In this document: piece after piece, positions 8,543-19,398 of the stretch
Position numbering within the stretch: position 1 is the stretch's first letter
Layout: the number at the start of each line of letters is the position of its first letter
Sequence record: EU863409
Direction: 5' to 3' (one strand)
Source: Escherichia phage JS10
DNA length: 64,000 bases
The notes under the pieces: generated by a model
Told to the model about the DNA's origin: nothing
Seen by the model: only the letters and a program-made list of their open reading frames with translations
Database searches by the model: none
Translations under genes and position numbers: made by a program

Positions 8543-9132
8543 TATTTTCTCATAGATGGATGCATAGACATACGAGCCACACGTTGTTCGGCATACGAAT
8601 CAATTTGTGGACGACCTGTAACTATTGTACCATCTATTTCTACAGCAAACGATTTGAAGTTGAATGTTGCTGTAGCGATTATCGCAGGGTCGGAATCTTC
8701 TTTATAAGAGTACTGAATCTCGGAAAGGTCTGATGGCCAACCACCGTAGTAATGAATGCTCATTACGATTTTCTGTTTGTTGTTATCAAGAATGTGGAGG
8801 GTGATAGCCTCAGGCTGGCCTTTAGGATGCCAGGCTTCAGATTCATGTGTTACATAGTTGTTTAATGATAGCATCCATTTATAAACGTCCAGCCATGATT
8901 TCAATTCGCGGTCTACAAGAAAGTTCACAATCAAAGGGTCGAATTCTACAGTAGAACCTGGCAGTTTAGCACGGTTTATACCTTGGGTCGATCCTGGGAC
9001 GTCTGAGACCGGAATATGGATACCTGGTAGTGTTACATCTTGTACGTTCAATTTGAATGACTGCGTCATTCCTGAGTCACTAACCTCTAAGATAAAGTTG
9101 GTAGTGTTAGTTTGGTTAAATAAACCGTTCAT
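8542..9132 (-). CDS. 3: gp3 tail completion and sheath stabiliser
   Basis: Position between 1 and 2; start uncertain (Met at 9132 with AGGAAT SD, or 9069, giving about 176 aa as in T4). Confidence 0.65.
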   Translation of the reverse strand: MNGLFNQTNTTNFILEVSDSGMTQSFKLNVQDVTLPGIHIPVSDVPGSTQGINRAKLPGSTVEFDPLIVNFLVDRELKSWLDVYKWMLSLNNYVTHESEAWHPKGQPEAITLHILDNNKQKIVMSIHYYGGWPSDLSEIQYSYKEDSDPAIIATATFNFKSFAVEIDGTIVTGRPQIDSYAEQRVARMSMHPSMRK

Positions 9133-9217
9133 AGGATTCCTATATTGCTTAAGTCCTAGCCAGTGTATAATGGTCCTAGGTCTGTTCCATTCAATAACTG
9201 GCTGGGATAATAGATTA

Positions 9218-10045
9218 TTATGCGTTCTTCCATACTTTCTGAGCTGAGTAACGCTTACCTTTAGATACAAATTGCTGAAGCGGAAGCATGACCACATTAG
9301 CCCAATCAGAAGGTTTTATCTCTACTAAAGGACCCTTGATATTTCCAGGGATATAAGCCTTAATCATCACGTCAGCGCCAGCGAATCCTTTTACCTTACT
9401 CCAATCGATTTTTAATTTAGTCGAGTTCGTAATGGTAGGCGTACTCGCGTATTGCTTCAGCAATTCTTCTAGAAATTGCTGGCGTGCTTTAGGCGGAATA
9501 TAGTGTAAGTTCAACCCGTACATCAGATTATGCTTACCAAGCCCAAGATAAATGATTAAAGGATATTTGTCCCAGTAGGGTAATGTGTCCTTGTGTTTAG
9601 CATCATAGATATAAGCATAAAGCTTGCCAGGAGATGGTTTAGATACCTGGTGTCCACGAATTCCTTTCTTTAATGTTTCTGTAAACCATTTAGCTGATTT
9701 ATTGTTTACAGCAGCACCTTCGTTAGCAATCTTATCACGAATACTCTTTCTAAAACTATTCACCAAAATTAATTGACGTTCGGCTTTGGTCAATTTATTG
9801 CCAGGTTTCTTCTGGAGTTTTTCGACCTGTACAGCAGTTTTAATTCGACTCGAGTATCGAGACATCGCAGATGTAAAGCTAGAATACTTAATGCCTTTAT
9901 CTTCAGCGAATTTCTTAGCCGAGACACCTTTGGCCTTAGCTTTGGCATATTCAACACCTAAAGCTATCCATTGTTGCTCTGAACGAGTGGGCTTAGAACC
10001 TTTTGTGGTTTCAGTGGCCTCATTGATGTAGGAAAATATACTCAT
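9218..10045 (-). CDS. 2: gp2 DNA end protector protein
   Basis: About 275 aa from the Met overlapping gp4 stop (ATGA); size and position match T4 gp2. Confidence 0.75.
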   Translation of the reverse strand: MSIFSYINEATETTKGSKPTRSEQQWIALGVEYAKAKAKGVSAKKFAEDKGIKYSSFTSAMSRYSSRIKTAVQVEKLQKKPGNKLTKAERQLILVNSFRKSIRDKIANEGAAVNNKSAKWFTETLKKGIRGHQVSKPSPGKLYAYIYDAKHKDTLPYWDKYPLIIYLGLGKHNLMYGLNLHYIPPKARQQFLEELLKQYASTPTITNSTKLKIDWSKVKGFAGADVMIKAYIPGNIKGPLVEIKPSDWANVVMLPLQQFVSKGKRYSAQKVWKNA

Positions 10046-10491
10046 CCTTTCCATCCTAATTTTTTCAGTGAGTTTTCAGTTATCAATCTAAAATTGATTC
10101 CCATTTTATCTGCTGTAGCTTTAGCAGCTTTCCATTTATCTTTATTTACACTCCATGTATAATGTTCGTTGATATATCTCTTTTTAGCGGCTGTAGTCAT
10201 TTTAGCAGGAGCCGCTGGAGGATGGGTTTCTTTAAAAGGTTTGACTTCAAAAAAGAATTGTTGGCCGTTATCAAACTTAACCCAGAAGTCCATAAAATAT
10301 CGACGTTTCTTTCCATCAGCATTACTAAAATACGGAATAACTACCTCTTCAGAGTTCCATTGGACTACGTTAGGATGATTGTCAAGCCAACGCATGAGCC
10401 ATGCTTCCCATGAGGAACGATATTGGATTTTCTTCCAGTCACCTTTATATTTTTGTAAGTTGGTAGGTTTAAATTTCCCTGAGTAAGCCAT
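10042..10491 (-). CDS. 4: gp4 head completion protein
   Basis: 149 aa, [18 protein letters not shown] resembles T4 gp4; minus-strand late promoter upstream. Confidence 0.85.
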   Translation of the reverse strand: MAYSGKFKPTNLQKYKGDWKKIQYRSSWEAWLMRWLDNHPNVVQWNSEEVVIPYFSNADGKKRRYFMDFWVKFDNGQQFFFEVKPFKETHPPAAPAKMTTAAKKRYINEHYTWSVNKDKWKAAKATADKMGINFRLITENSLKKLGWKG

Positions 10492-10502
10492 AGTTGCCTC
10501 CT

Positions 10503-10510
10503 TATAAATA
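10503..10510 (+). promoter_or_regulatory. late promoter box TATAAATA (gene 53)
   Basis: Exact octamer 28 bp upstream of gp53 ATG. Confidence 0.6.
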
Positions 10511-10517
10511 TTAATAT

Positions 10518-10525
10518 TATTTATA
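10518..10525 (-). promoter_or_regulatory. late promoter box TATAAATA (gene 4)
   Basis: Exact octamer on minus strand 27 bp upstream of gp4 start; divergent with the gp53 promoter. Confidence 0.6.
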
Positions 10526-10537
10526 CTCGGAGGCCCT

Positions 10538-11140
10538 ATGCTCTTCTCATTTTTCGATCCTATCGATTACGAATCAAAAACAGTCAAGCCAGATTCCGGC
10601 TCATTAACAAATGCCGATGTATTGAGCGTGCCGATGACTGATATATTTAGAAATTATAAAGAATACTTTGATAGAGTGGCTAAAAATTATACACTAAAAA
10701 CTTATTATATCAATGGAGCCCCGCGTCCGGAAGAATTAGCCCATCTTCTTTATGGCAATGTCCAATTATATTGGGTTCTACTGATGTGTAATAATATATA
10801 CGACCCGTATTATGGATGGATTACCGGCCAAGAAGCCGCCTACCAAGCAGCCATCCAAAGATATTCTACTGCTGGTGGAAACCAGGTCCTTTACCATGTA
10901 AACGAAAAAGGCGAGAAATTCTGGAATCTTGTCAACACACCAGAAAATCCGTATACTTGGTATGATAAAGGCGATACAGAAAAACGTTATCCTCAATACG
11001 AAGGCCCGTTGGCTGCAGTAGATATTTACGAGGATGCTATTCGCAAAAATGAATATAAGCGTGAAATAAAAATTATAGACCCTAATGATATTGAGTCTTT
11101 TATTTCTGCCCTTATTCGTGAAATGGAGAAAGCCCTCTAA
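10538..11140 (+). CDS. 53: gp53 baseplate wedge subunit
   Basis: 200 aa immediately upstream of gene 5 as in T4. Confidence 0.8.
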   Translation: MLFSFFDPIDYESKTVKPDSGSLTNADVLSVPMTDIFRNYKEYFDRVAKNYTLKTYYINGAPRPEELAHLLYGNVQLYWVLLMCNNIYDPYYGWITGQEAAYQAAIQRYSTAGGNQVLYHVNEKGEKFWNLVNTPENPYTWYDKGDTEKRYPQYEGPLAAVDIYEDAIRKNEYKREIKIIDPNDIESFISALIREMEKAL

Positions 11141-12882
11141 TGATTAACATGTCTGATAATTTAAGTTGGTTCGTCGGTGTAGTTGAAGACCGAATGGACC
11201 CACTCAAACAGGGCCGAGTACGCGTACGCGTCTGGGGTATGCATCCATATGAAAAAGTACAAGGTCCTGTAAAAGGCCTTCGTACAGAAGATTTACCATG
11301 GATGTCGGTATTAATGCCTACATCTTCTGCCTCTGTTTCAGGTATCCAAACCGCTATGACTGGTATGGTCCCTGGTACACAAGTTTACGGACACTTTCTT
11401 GATAAGTGGAAATTAAACGGGCTTGTCCTCGGCACATATGGTTCAGCTTCAAAACAAAAGGCGAATCCAAACGAAGGTTTTAGTGACCCAACAGGACAGT
11501 ATCCGCTTTATTTAGGTAATGATGCCGCTGCACTAAACCGAGGTGGTGAAGTTGGGTATGATGCCACTTCTAACGTAATACAAGATGCAAACACTGATGT
11601 AGGTATTAATCCGGATGGATTAGATTTAAGCCAAGTTAAGCCTGATGATAATCCTAATTTCACAATAGAAAACATGCTTCATCGTGATGAAGGGCTTAGA
11701 CTGAAGGTATATTGGGATACCGAAGGATACCCTACTATTGGTATAGGTCACCTTATTACACCACAACCTATTAGAGATATGAATCAGATAAACAAAATAT
11801 TATCTAATCAAATAGGCCGAGAAGTTAAAGGTAACCCTGGTGCAATATCAATGGACGAGGCTTCCAAGTTATTCCAAGAAGACCTTAAAAAAGTTCAAAA
11901 CGATATAGGCAGGCATAGTGTTGTAGGTCCGGTTTACAATAAAGAAAACCGTTCAAGACAAATGGCTCTTGAAAACATGGCTTTCCAAATGGGTTTAGGT
12001 GGACTTGCCAAATTTAAAACGATGCTTGGCGCAATGCTAGTCGGAGATTATAAGAAAGCATTTGATGCCGCTCGTGATTCAGTATGGTTCAACCAAACTA
12101 AAGGCCGAGCATCAAGGGTATCAATGATTATCCTTACGGGTAATATGGAATCATACGGTATTATGGCCCCTAAAGAAAGAGAATTTAAAGGACGTTCGTA
12201 TAGGATGATTCAAACCTTTGCGGCTCCTGCAAATTCTGACCCAGCCGACCCATGGACTCCGGAAGATACAAGGATTCTTTTTAAAGAACCTGATTCTAGT
12301 TATAAAGGCGAATACCCATATGTCCAAACCATGCAAACTGAAGGTGGGCATATCCAAGAATTCGATAACACCCCAGGGCAAGAACGTTACCGATTAATCC
12401 ACCCTACAGGTAGTTACGAAGAAGTCGCTCCTGACGGACGTAAAACTTCTAAGACAGTAGCCGACGGGTATTATATGACCCAAGGCGATTCCAATACTTA
12501 TGTTGGCGGTAATAATAAAGTCAATATAGGTGGCGATGAAACCTATTATAATATGGCAAACGTTCGACGTCAAACTGACGGTTCTGAAAGCATCCATATT
12601 CGTGGTAATGAAACCAAAACAGTAGAAGGCGACGGGACCCTTATTGTTAAAGGAAATGTTACGGTTATTGTTGAAGGCAATGCCGATATAACTGTTAAAG
12701 GTGATGCAAAAACCTTAGTCGAAGGCAATCATGATTATACAGTAAATGGAAATGTTAAGTGGTCGGTAAACGGAAACGTCGATATGACTGTTGCCGGTAA
12801 TTGGTCTGAAACTATGTCGACTATGAGTTCTATTGCGTCCGGTCAATATACTATTGATGGTTCGAGGATTGACATTGGCTAA
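11140..12882 (+). CDS. 5: gp5 baseplate hub subunit and tail lysozyme
   Basis: N-terminal VGVVEDRMDP...RVRVWGMHPYE, lysozyme segment YWDTEGYPTIGIGHLI, C-terminal beta-helix repeats. Confidence 0.95.
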   Translation: MINMSDNLSWFVGVVEDRMDPLKQGRVRVRVWGMHPYEKVQGPVKGLRTEDLPWMSVLMPTSSASVSGIQTAMTGMVPGTQVYGHFLDKWKLNGLVLGTYGSASKQKANPNEGFSDPTGQYPLYLGNDAAALNRGGEVGYDATSNVIQDANTDVGINPDGLDLSQVKPDDNPNFTIENMLHRDEGLRLKVYWDTEGYPTIGIGHLITPQPIRDMNQINKILSNQIGREVKGNPGAISMDEASKLFQEDLKKVQNDIGRHSVVGPVYNKENRSRQMALENMAFQMGLGGLAKFKTMLGAMLVGDYKKAFDAARDSVWFNQTKGRASRVSMIILTGNMESYGIMAPKEREFKGRSYRMIQTFAAPANSDPADPWTPEDTRILFKEPDSSYKGEYPYVQTMQTEGGHIQEFDNTPGQERYRLIHPTGSYEEVAPDGRKTSKTVADGYYMTQGDSNTYVGGNNKVNIGGDETYYNMANVRRQTDGSESIHIRGNETKTVEGDGTLIVKGNVTVIVEGNADITVKGDAKTLVEGNHDYTVNGNVKWSVNGNVDMTVAGNWSETMSTMSSIASGQYTIDGSRIDIG

Positions 12883-12916
12883 TATTTTACCTATGAGCAC
12901 TGATTTAGGAGATTCC

Positions 12917-13414
12917 ATGGAAGGAGCCTCAATCGATGTTACGTTTACCGCTCAATTAGAAACAAACGAAACATTAGTTGAAATAAATATAACAGAATAT
13001 GAGCCAACAGAAGGCATTATTGTCGATGGGGCTCGTTTATACGGAACCTATGAATCGGTATTCGGATTTTCTGAAGATGCTTTAAAATATCGATTAGGTG
13101 ATGAATTTAAAACAGCAGGTTCATGGAAAGATTTACCAGAGGACAAGAGCACTCAATTATACCTCTGGAAAGCCCCTGGTAATCTTCAGAAGACTTTTTC
13201 CTATACCGTCACATTAATCTATGACTTTCAGGAAGAGTCATCAGGAGGTGATACAGGGAGCTCAGGAGGAAGTAATTCTAGAGCCGGTAACGAAACAGAC
13301 CCTCCTCCAGCACCGGTAAGAAAAACTCTTACTAAGGTTTATACCAAGGTTATAGTGGGTAATTGGAGTCGCTGGGGAGACCAATTAAGAGAATATGTAT
13401 ATGCAAGACCATAG
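12917..13414 (+). CDS. gp5.1-like hypothetical protein
   Basis: ORF after gene 5; start chosen at Met with GGAG SD (12917); positional call only. Confidence 0.45.
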   Translation: MEGASIDVTFTAQLETNETLVEINITEYEPTEGIIVDGARLYGTYESVFGFSEDALKYRLGDEFKTAGSWKDLPEDKSTQLYLWKAPGNLQKTFSYTVTLIYDFQEESSGGDTGSSGGSNSRAGNETDPPPAPVRKTLTKVYTKVIVGNWSRWGDQLREYVYARP

Positions 13415-14015
13415 ATACTTTTACCTATATTGCATAACCAATAAATTAAATGGTATGATTTATGTGGGTGTTCATCAAACAGATAATTTAGAAGATGGAT
13501 ATATGGGGTCTGGTAAGGCCCTTAAAGAAGCCCAAGCCGAACTAGGGATGGATAATTTCGACAAACATATTATTAAATTCTTTGGAACCCAGGATGAGTG
13601 TTATTTAGCTGAAAGAGAAATAGTTAACAAATCCTTCGCAAAGTCTTCTTTAACATATAATATAAAGAAAGGAGGCATGGGTGGTTGGATTGTAAGGAAT
13701 GGATATAAACATACCGAAGCTACTAAAGATAAAATGAGAATTTCCGGTAGTGGATGTAATAATGGATTTTATGGAAAGAAACATTCTGAAGAAACTATAA
13801 AAGCTATTGCCGAAGCCAACTCTAAATGGGAAAGAAAGCCAAATCAAAGGGAAAAAATGTCTAAAAAGCATTCAGGCAAAAACAATCCTATGTTTGGTAC
13901 TGTGGCTCCTAATGCAATAACAGTTAAATACAACGGGGAAGAATATACAAGCATTTCTTCTGCGGCAAAAGCAGCAGGATTATCCACTTCAACATTTAGA
14001 AGAAGGTATCTATAA
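13395..14015 (+). CDS. GIY-YIG homing endonuclease (Seg-like)
   Basis: N-terminal [19 protein letters not shown] (GIY-YIG-like) plus repeated GKKHSEET / [16 protein letters not shown]3-like motifs; overlaps flanking genes. Confidence 0.75.
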   Translation: MYMQDHRYFYLYCITNKLNGMIYVGVHQTDNLEDGYMGSGKALKEAQAELGMDNFDKHIIKFFGTQDECYLAEREIVNKSFAKSSLTYNIKKGGMGGWIVRNGYKHTEATKDKMRISGSGCNNGFYGKKHSEETIKAIAEANSKWERKPNQREKMSKKHSGKNNPMFGTVAPNAITVKYNGEEYTSISSAAKAAGLSTSTFRRRYL

Positions 14016-14308
14016 TGTCGGGCTTAAGTTATAATCAATGCGTAACAGCAGGTCATGAAGCATGGCCTCCTACAGTAATAAATGCCACCCAGGGTAAAGT
14101 ATTTACAGGCGGCATTCCTGTATTAGTCGATGGGGACCCAATAACTCCTCATACAGAAATTAAAAAACCATATGAAACCCACGGTGGGGTAACCCAACCT
14201 AGAACATCAAAGGTATATGTTACAGGCAAAAAGGCTGTCCAAATGGCAGACCCTATTTCGTGCGGAGATACAGTCGCACAAGCCTCATCTAAAGTATTCA
14301 TAAAATAG
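14015..14308 (+). CDS. 5.4: gp5.4 PAAR-like spike tip protein
   Basis: 97 aa directly upstream of gene 6; size and position match T4 gp5.4. Confidence 0.7.
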   Translation: MSGLSYNQCVTAGHEAWPPTVINATQGKVFTGGIPVLVDGDPITPHTEIKKPYETHGGVTQPRTSKVYVTGKKAVQMADPISCGDTVAQASSKVFIK

Positions 14309-14316
14309 GAATTAAA

Positions 14317-16275
14317 ATGGCTACTCCTACGAATTACCAATTAACAAGAACCGTTAACGCTATCCCAAAAGTATTTGTGGGAGCTACGTTTGAAGAAATT
14401 AAAAAGAATATTATCGATTGGCTTTCCAGCCAGGAAGAATTTAAGGATTACGATTTCGTTGGTTCTCGAATGAATATCCTTATTGATATGCTTGCTTATA
14501 ATACTCTTTATATACAGCAATTTGCTAACACAGCTTTATACGAGTCTTTTATAGGAACAGCAAACCTTCGTTCTTCGGTTGTCCAAGCTGCACAAGATAA
14601 CGGATACCTTCCTAGTTCTAAATCCGCGGCAAAAACAAGTATTATGTTGACCTGTACTCAGGCCCTGAATGAAAAGAATATTCGTATCCCACGTGGTACT
14701 AAATTCTTGGCCTATGCTCGTGATACTTCAGCAGACCCGTATGCTTTTGTTACCACGGAAAACGTTATTGCCGTACGTGATGTTAATAACCAATATCTCC
14801 CTATTGTATCTTTAGCACAAGGTCGTATTATTCGTACTGAACTTAAGTATGACCCTAAAACCCCTATTCTTATTCGTGACCCAGATATCGATAGACAAGA
14901 AGTCAAACTTTATGTCGATGGTGCAGAATGGACTAACTGGACTAATAAATCCATGGTTCATGCTGGTAGTACATCAACCATTTACTATATGCGTGAAACC
15001 GTAGATGGTAATACCGAATTCTTCTTTGGTGAAGGCGTTGCCGAAAAATCAGTTGCGGGCGGTGTATTAGAAGCTAACTATATTGGTGGTTTAAAACCTG
15101 TTAAAGATGCTACCATTGTTATAGAATATCTTCGTACCGATGGTGAAGTTGCTAACGGCGCAGTGGACTTTAGTTATGCGGATTCTTTGGCATATATTAC
15201 GGTTGAAAAAATTACAGAAAACTATGATGGGAATCCGGATTATGTAGGTGCTGATGGTGGTGGTGACCCTGAAGATATCGAACGTATTCGTGAACTGGCT
15301 GTAGTTAAACGCGAAGCCCAGATGCGTGCCGTAACTGGTACGGATTATGATACATTCGTTTCAGAGCGATTTGGTTCTATTGTACAAGCAGTACAAACCT
15401 TTACGGACCCAAATAAACCAGGTTACGCCTTTGTTACTATTAAACCTAAATCAGGATTGTATTTGACTGCGGTTCAACGTGAAGATATCCAAAATTATCT
15501 TTCAGAATTTAACTTGGCGCCTATTACTCCTTCGGTTATTTCTCCAGACTACTTGTTCTTAAAGCATAAAATTAAGGTTTCATATGCACTGAACAAATTA
15601 CAGGAATCCGAACAATGGCTAACGGCTCAAATCCTTTCTCAAATAGACCGTTATTATATTAACGAAGTTGAAATATTCAACCACGGATTTGCCAAGTCTA
15701 AAATGCTGACTTATATTGATAATGCAGACCACAGTATCCTTGGCTCTTCGGCTACGGTAACAATGGTTCGCGAGGTATTAAACTTCTTCAAAACACCTGA
15801 AGCGGGTATTAAATACTATAATCAATACACCAACCGTTCTGTAACTTCTAGTGAATTTGAGTTCGTCCCAACAAACGTATCGGATGATATTAAATCTTAT
15901 AACGTACGTATTGTTGCCACAGATAAAGACGAACGAGGCGATGGTAAAATGGTTATAGGTCCTTTCCGTCCAGGTGATGTAATTGAAAACCAATACATCC
16001 AACCTTATACCGGAGATGACTTCGATAAAATGGCAGCTCCTGCAGACCAATCAGTCTACTATGTTATTGGCGAAATTGATTATTACTCAGACTTTATTTT
16101 CTGGGATATCGCCGCAATAGGCCTTACTTCTGACCGTTTTGAAGTCCAGTCTATTGAACTTTATGCAGGGCCAGACCAAGACAACATCTTTACCAAAGAC
16201 GGTTCTCTAATCGTATTTGAAGATGACCTTCGTCCTCAGTACACAACTATAGAGTTGGAACCAATTACAATATAA
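14317..16275 (+). CDS. 6: gp6 baseplate wedge subunit
   Basis: 652 aa (T4 about 660) in conserved 5-6-7-8 order. Confidence 0.9.
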   Translation: MATPTNYQLTRTVNAIPKVFVGATFEEIKKNIIDWLSSQEEFKDYDFVGSRMNILIDMLAYNTLYIQQFANTALYESFIGTANLRSSVVQAAQDNGYLPSSKSAAKTSIMLTCTQALNEKNIRIPRGTKFLAYARDTSADPYAFVTTENVIAVRDVNNQYLPIVSLAQGRIIRTELKYDPKTPILIRDPDIDRQEVKLYVDGAEWTNWTNKSMVHAGSTSTIYYMRETVDGNTEFFFGEGVAEKSVAGGVLEANYIGGLKPVKDATIVIEYLRTDGEVANGAVDFSYADSLAYITVEKITENYDGNPDYVGADGGGDPEDIERIRELAVVKREAQMRAVTGTDYDTFVSERFGSIVQAVQTFTDPNKPGYAFVTIKPKSGLYLTAVQREDIQNYLSEFNLAPITPSVISPDYLFLKHKIKVSYALNKLQESEQWLTAQILSQIDRYYINEVEIFNHGFAKSKMLTYIDNADHSILGSSATVTMVREVLNFFKTPEAGIKYYNQYTNRSVTSSEFEFVPTNVSDDIKSYNVRIVATDKDERGDGKMVIGPFRPGDVIENQYIQPYTGDDFDKMAAPADQSVYYVIGEIDYYSDFIFWDIAAIGLTSDRFEVQSIELYAGPDQDNIFTKDGSLIVFEDDLRPQYTTIELEPITI

Positions 16276-16302
16276 GCCTCTTCGGAGGTTTAAGGAGATT
16301 TA

Positions 16303-19300
16303 ATGTCTGTACAAGCGCCTTATGTTACTAGTCTGAGAATTGATAAGCTCTCGGCTAACCATGTGAGCATTCTTTGGGATGACGTAGGCGCCAACTTCTA
16401 TTATTTCGTAGAACTGGCCCAAACGAAGGATGCGGGTGTAGAAATTCCCGACGATAGATTATTTTGGAGAAATTTAGGTTACACCCCTAATAACGAATGG
16501 TTTGAAGAGGCATTCATTTCTCCTAATTCATTTTATAAAATGCGAGTTGCGGTCGCTGCTCAGGGGTTTGAGCAGTCTGAGTGGGTTTACACTGAAGAAT
16601 TTGAAACTTTCTCTACCAACGCATATACATTTGAGCATATGCGTGAATTCACATTGTCTAATAAATTTATTGAAGAAAAATTCACAAAAAATAATCAGAA
16701 TTATGTGAACTTTAATACCGATGCCATTATGGCTTCCTTAATGACGGAAGATTTTAACTTTACGCCGGCGTATTCGCATTTGTCATCTATATCAAATTAT
16801 GTTTTAAAAGCCGACCGATTCCATGAAATCCAAGGAAGCATTCAAGCAGTTTGTAAAGACCCTAGACGTTCTATTTTAATGGAACTTGGTGGAGTTCTGT
16901 ATCTTTTAGAAAGATTCCAAAGCACAGCTAAAGTTTCTAATGATAAAGGACAAAACTGGCACTATATTAGATTGTTTAACGATAGAGTGGGTAATCCGGT
17001 ATCTAGAACGGCTCATTACCAAACAGAAACTACTACATACGTACTAGGTTATGACCAAATATTTTACGGGCGTAAATCAAGTGATATTAGATGGTCTGCT
17101 GATGACGTTCGCTTTAGTTCTCAGGACGTAACATTTGCTAAAATCGGTAGTGATATAGACCTTCCGTTTGAAATAGAAATATTTGGGTCATACGCAAAAC
17201 TCCCATTGCCTATTTCCACTATCGCCGAAGCTATGTGTGCTTCTGACGATTTCATTTATGTTGCGGGTAGAGACAGAGTTTATAAAGCAAAAACATCCGA
17301 GGCCCCTATAGACACCGACCCTAGCTCACCAACTTACGGCGAGAAGATATTTGAAAGCGGATATTCAACTATCACAGGGAACCCTAAAGCTGTTTGTTAT
17401 AAATTAGATTCTATTCAAGGGCATACGTTTGCTTTAATTACAGGTGAAGTTAAAGAAGAAAAAATGGACCCTACAGTAGAGGCTAACGTAATTGATTCTG
17501 AATCTAAAGGTGTCTATTGGTTGGATGTAGAAACAGATACTTGGACTCGTGTATTCGGAAATACTGAAGAAGAACGTCGTCGTATAGAGCATGGATATAC
17601 TAGCATGTCTACAGATGGTGAAGAATTATTTTTCAGTTCAAGCAACTTTAGATACGAAGTAGAGGTTGATTCTGAACTTCCTTGGAAATATCCTGAAATT
17701 GTTACTTCGGCCGTTAAATACGTTAAAGACGAACAGTGGATTCATAATAAGCATTATTTGATGATGAGCTTTAGGTCTAACTCTAAATCAGATTTTAAAG
17801 AATTTAAACCAGGTCGTATGGCTTATTATGCTGAACCATTCTTCAGTTGGTCACGTCGTGATGGAACCCGTTCTTGGATTACTACAGGTGACCATGCGAT
17901 GGTTGTTTATAACGATGCTTTGTATCAGAAAATAATCGACCTTAATAGTGGTTCATCGCCGGAACGTATTGTTCACGAGATTTGGAATAAAGGATTTTGC
18001 AAAGTTACATCCCCTAATATCGAATTTAATGGCTTTAAAAAATATTCCTCTGGTATGATGATTCACAAATCTACCGGTGAATTAGTTGGTTATTTTGAAT
18101 TCGACTATCGTGTGCGTGATGAAGTCCGTGTTATTTGGAAGCCTAAAGAAATTATGTTTACGGCAGAGCTCCAAAACCAAGAGCATGAAATTCCATGGGC
18201 CCCTAAAGAAGAGACCGGCGAACAAGACCCTGATTTGAAACCGTTATTGGTCAAAATGGTTCCGGATAGTTATTTACTCCAAGATTCCAATTTTGAAAAA
18301 TTCTGCGAATATTATCTACAGTTTATTAGTGATGGTTCCGGCACTCATTATAATAATTTGTTAAACCTTATTCGTAATCAGTATCCTCGTGAAGAAGACT
18401 CATGGGAATACCTATGGTCTGAAATTTATAAACGTAATATCTATTTGTCAAAAGAAAAACGCGACGAAGTTGTTAGATTTTTCCAAGCTCGTCAGTCTGA
18501 TTTTTGGTCAACTAAAGGTACTGAAGCTTCATATAAATTCCTGTTTAAATTGCTTTATAATGAAGATGTCGAAATTGATATCGAGTCCAAGAACTCTATC
18601 GAATATGATATCATCGTAGAATCCGACAATATCAGTGAAGATATCGTAGGCCAAACGATTTATACTCCTACAGGAAGAAGTAATGTTACTTATATAGAAC
18701 GAAATTACAAAGATGGTAAATTGCAATGGCGTTTAACCATTCATAATCTTTTGGGTCGTTTTATAGTCGGTCAGGAAATCAAATCTGAACGTACTTCATT
18801 TAAGGGTATGATTGTTCAAGGTGTTCGCGGCAAAGAGCTTTTGAGTAACAATATCGATTATATCAACCGTAACCGTTCTTACTATGTGATGACTATTAAG
18901 TCTAATCTCCCGACCTCTCGTTATCGCAATGACGTTTTGAGATTTGTTCACCCGGTAGGTTTCGGCTTTATAGGTATAACTTTGCTTTCTATGTTTGTTA
19001 ACGTTGGTTTAACACTAAAACATACAGAAACCATTATTAATATCCTTAAGAACTATAAATGGGACTCAGGTTTGCCATCTGAATGGTATGATAGAGTTGC
19101 TGTAATAGGTTTTGATGGTAATATAGAACGAGACCCTCGTACAGGTGCTCCGATGTACAACGTTGGACCTAAAGCAGGTGAGCCATTTGATATTCCTGCC
19201 GATTATGATGCAGAAAATGATTTCTCTGTATTCCAAGGTCAATTACCACACGAACGTATTAAAAAGCATAGTCCATTGTTTGACCAAAGTGCTGTGACTT

Positions 19301-19398
19301 TTGCCAATTGGCGTGCACTGGTTGATAAGCGTCTTAAAGACGATATTGGAAATCCTAGAGACCCTAAAGTTCCAACTCAGGTAAAAATTAATGATTAA
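16303..19398 (+). CDS. 7: gp7 baseplate wedge initiator
   Basis: 1031 aa (T4 about 1032); conserved order. Confidence 0.9.
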   Translation: MSVQAPYVTSLRIDKLSANHVSILWDDVGANFYYFVELAQTKDAGVEIPDDRLFWRNLGYTPNNEWFEEAFISPNSFYKMRVAVAAQGFEQSEWVYTEEFETFSTNAYTFEHMREFTLSNKFIEEKFTKNNQNYVNFNTDAIMASLMTEDFNFTPAYSHLSSISNYVLKADRFHEIQGSIQAVCKDPRRSILMELGGVLYLLERFQSTAKVSNDKGQNWHYIRLFNDRVGNPVSRTAHYQTETTTYVLGYDQIFYGRKSSDIRWSADDVRFSSQDVTFAKIGSDIDLPFEIEIFGSYAKLPLPISTIAEAMCASDDFIYVAGRDRVYKAKTSEAPIDTDPSSPTYGEKIFESGYSTITGNPKAVCYKLDSIQGHTFALITGEVKEEKMDPTVEANVIDSESKGVYWLDVETDTWTRVFGNTEEERRRIEHGYTSMSTDGEELFFSSSNFRYEVEVDSELPWKYPEIVTSAVKYVKDEQWIHNKHYLMMSFRSNSKSDFKEFKPGRMAYYAEPFFSWSRRDGTRSWITTGDHAMVVYNDALYQKIIDLNSGSSPERIVHEIWNKGFCKVTSPNIEFNGFKKYSSGMMIHKSTGELVGYFEFDYRVRDEVRVIWKPKEIMFTAELQNQEHEIPWAPKEETGEQDPDLKPLLVKMVPDSYLLQDSNFEKFCEYYLQFISDGSGTHYNNLLNLIRNQYPREEDSWEYLWSEIYKRNIYLSKEKRDEVVRFFQARQSDFWSTKGTEASYKFLFKLLYNEDVEIDIESKNSIEYDIIVESDNISEDIVGQTIYTPTGRSNVTYIERNYKDGKLQWRLTIHNLLGRFIVGQEIKSERTSFKGMIVQGVRGKELLSNNIDYINRNRSYYVMTIKSNLPTSRYRNDVLRFVHPVGFGFIGITLLSMFVNVGLTLKHTETIINILKNYKWDSGLPSEWYDRVAVIGFDGNIERDPRTGAPMYNVGPKAGEPFDIPADYDAENDFSVFQGQLPHERIKKHSPLFDQSAVTFANWRALVDKRLKDDIGNPRDPKVPTQVKIND

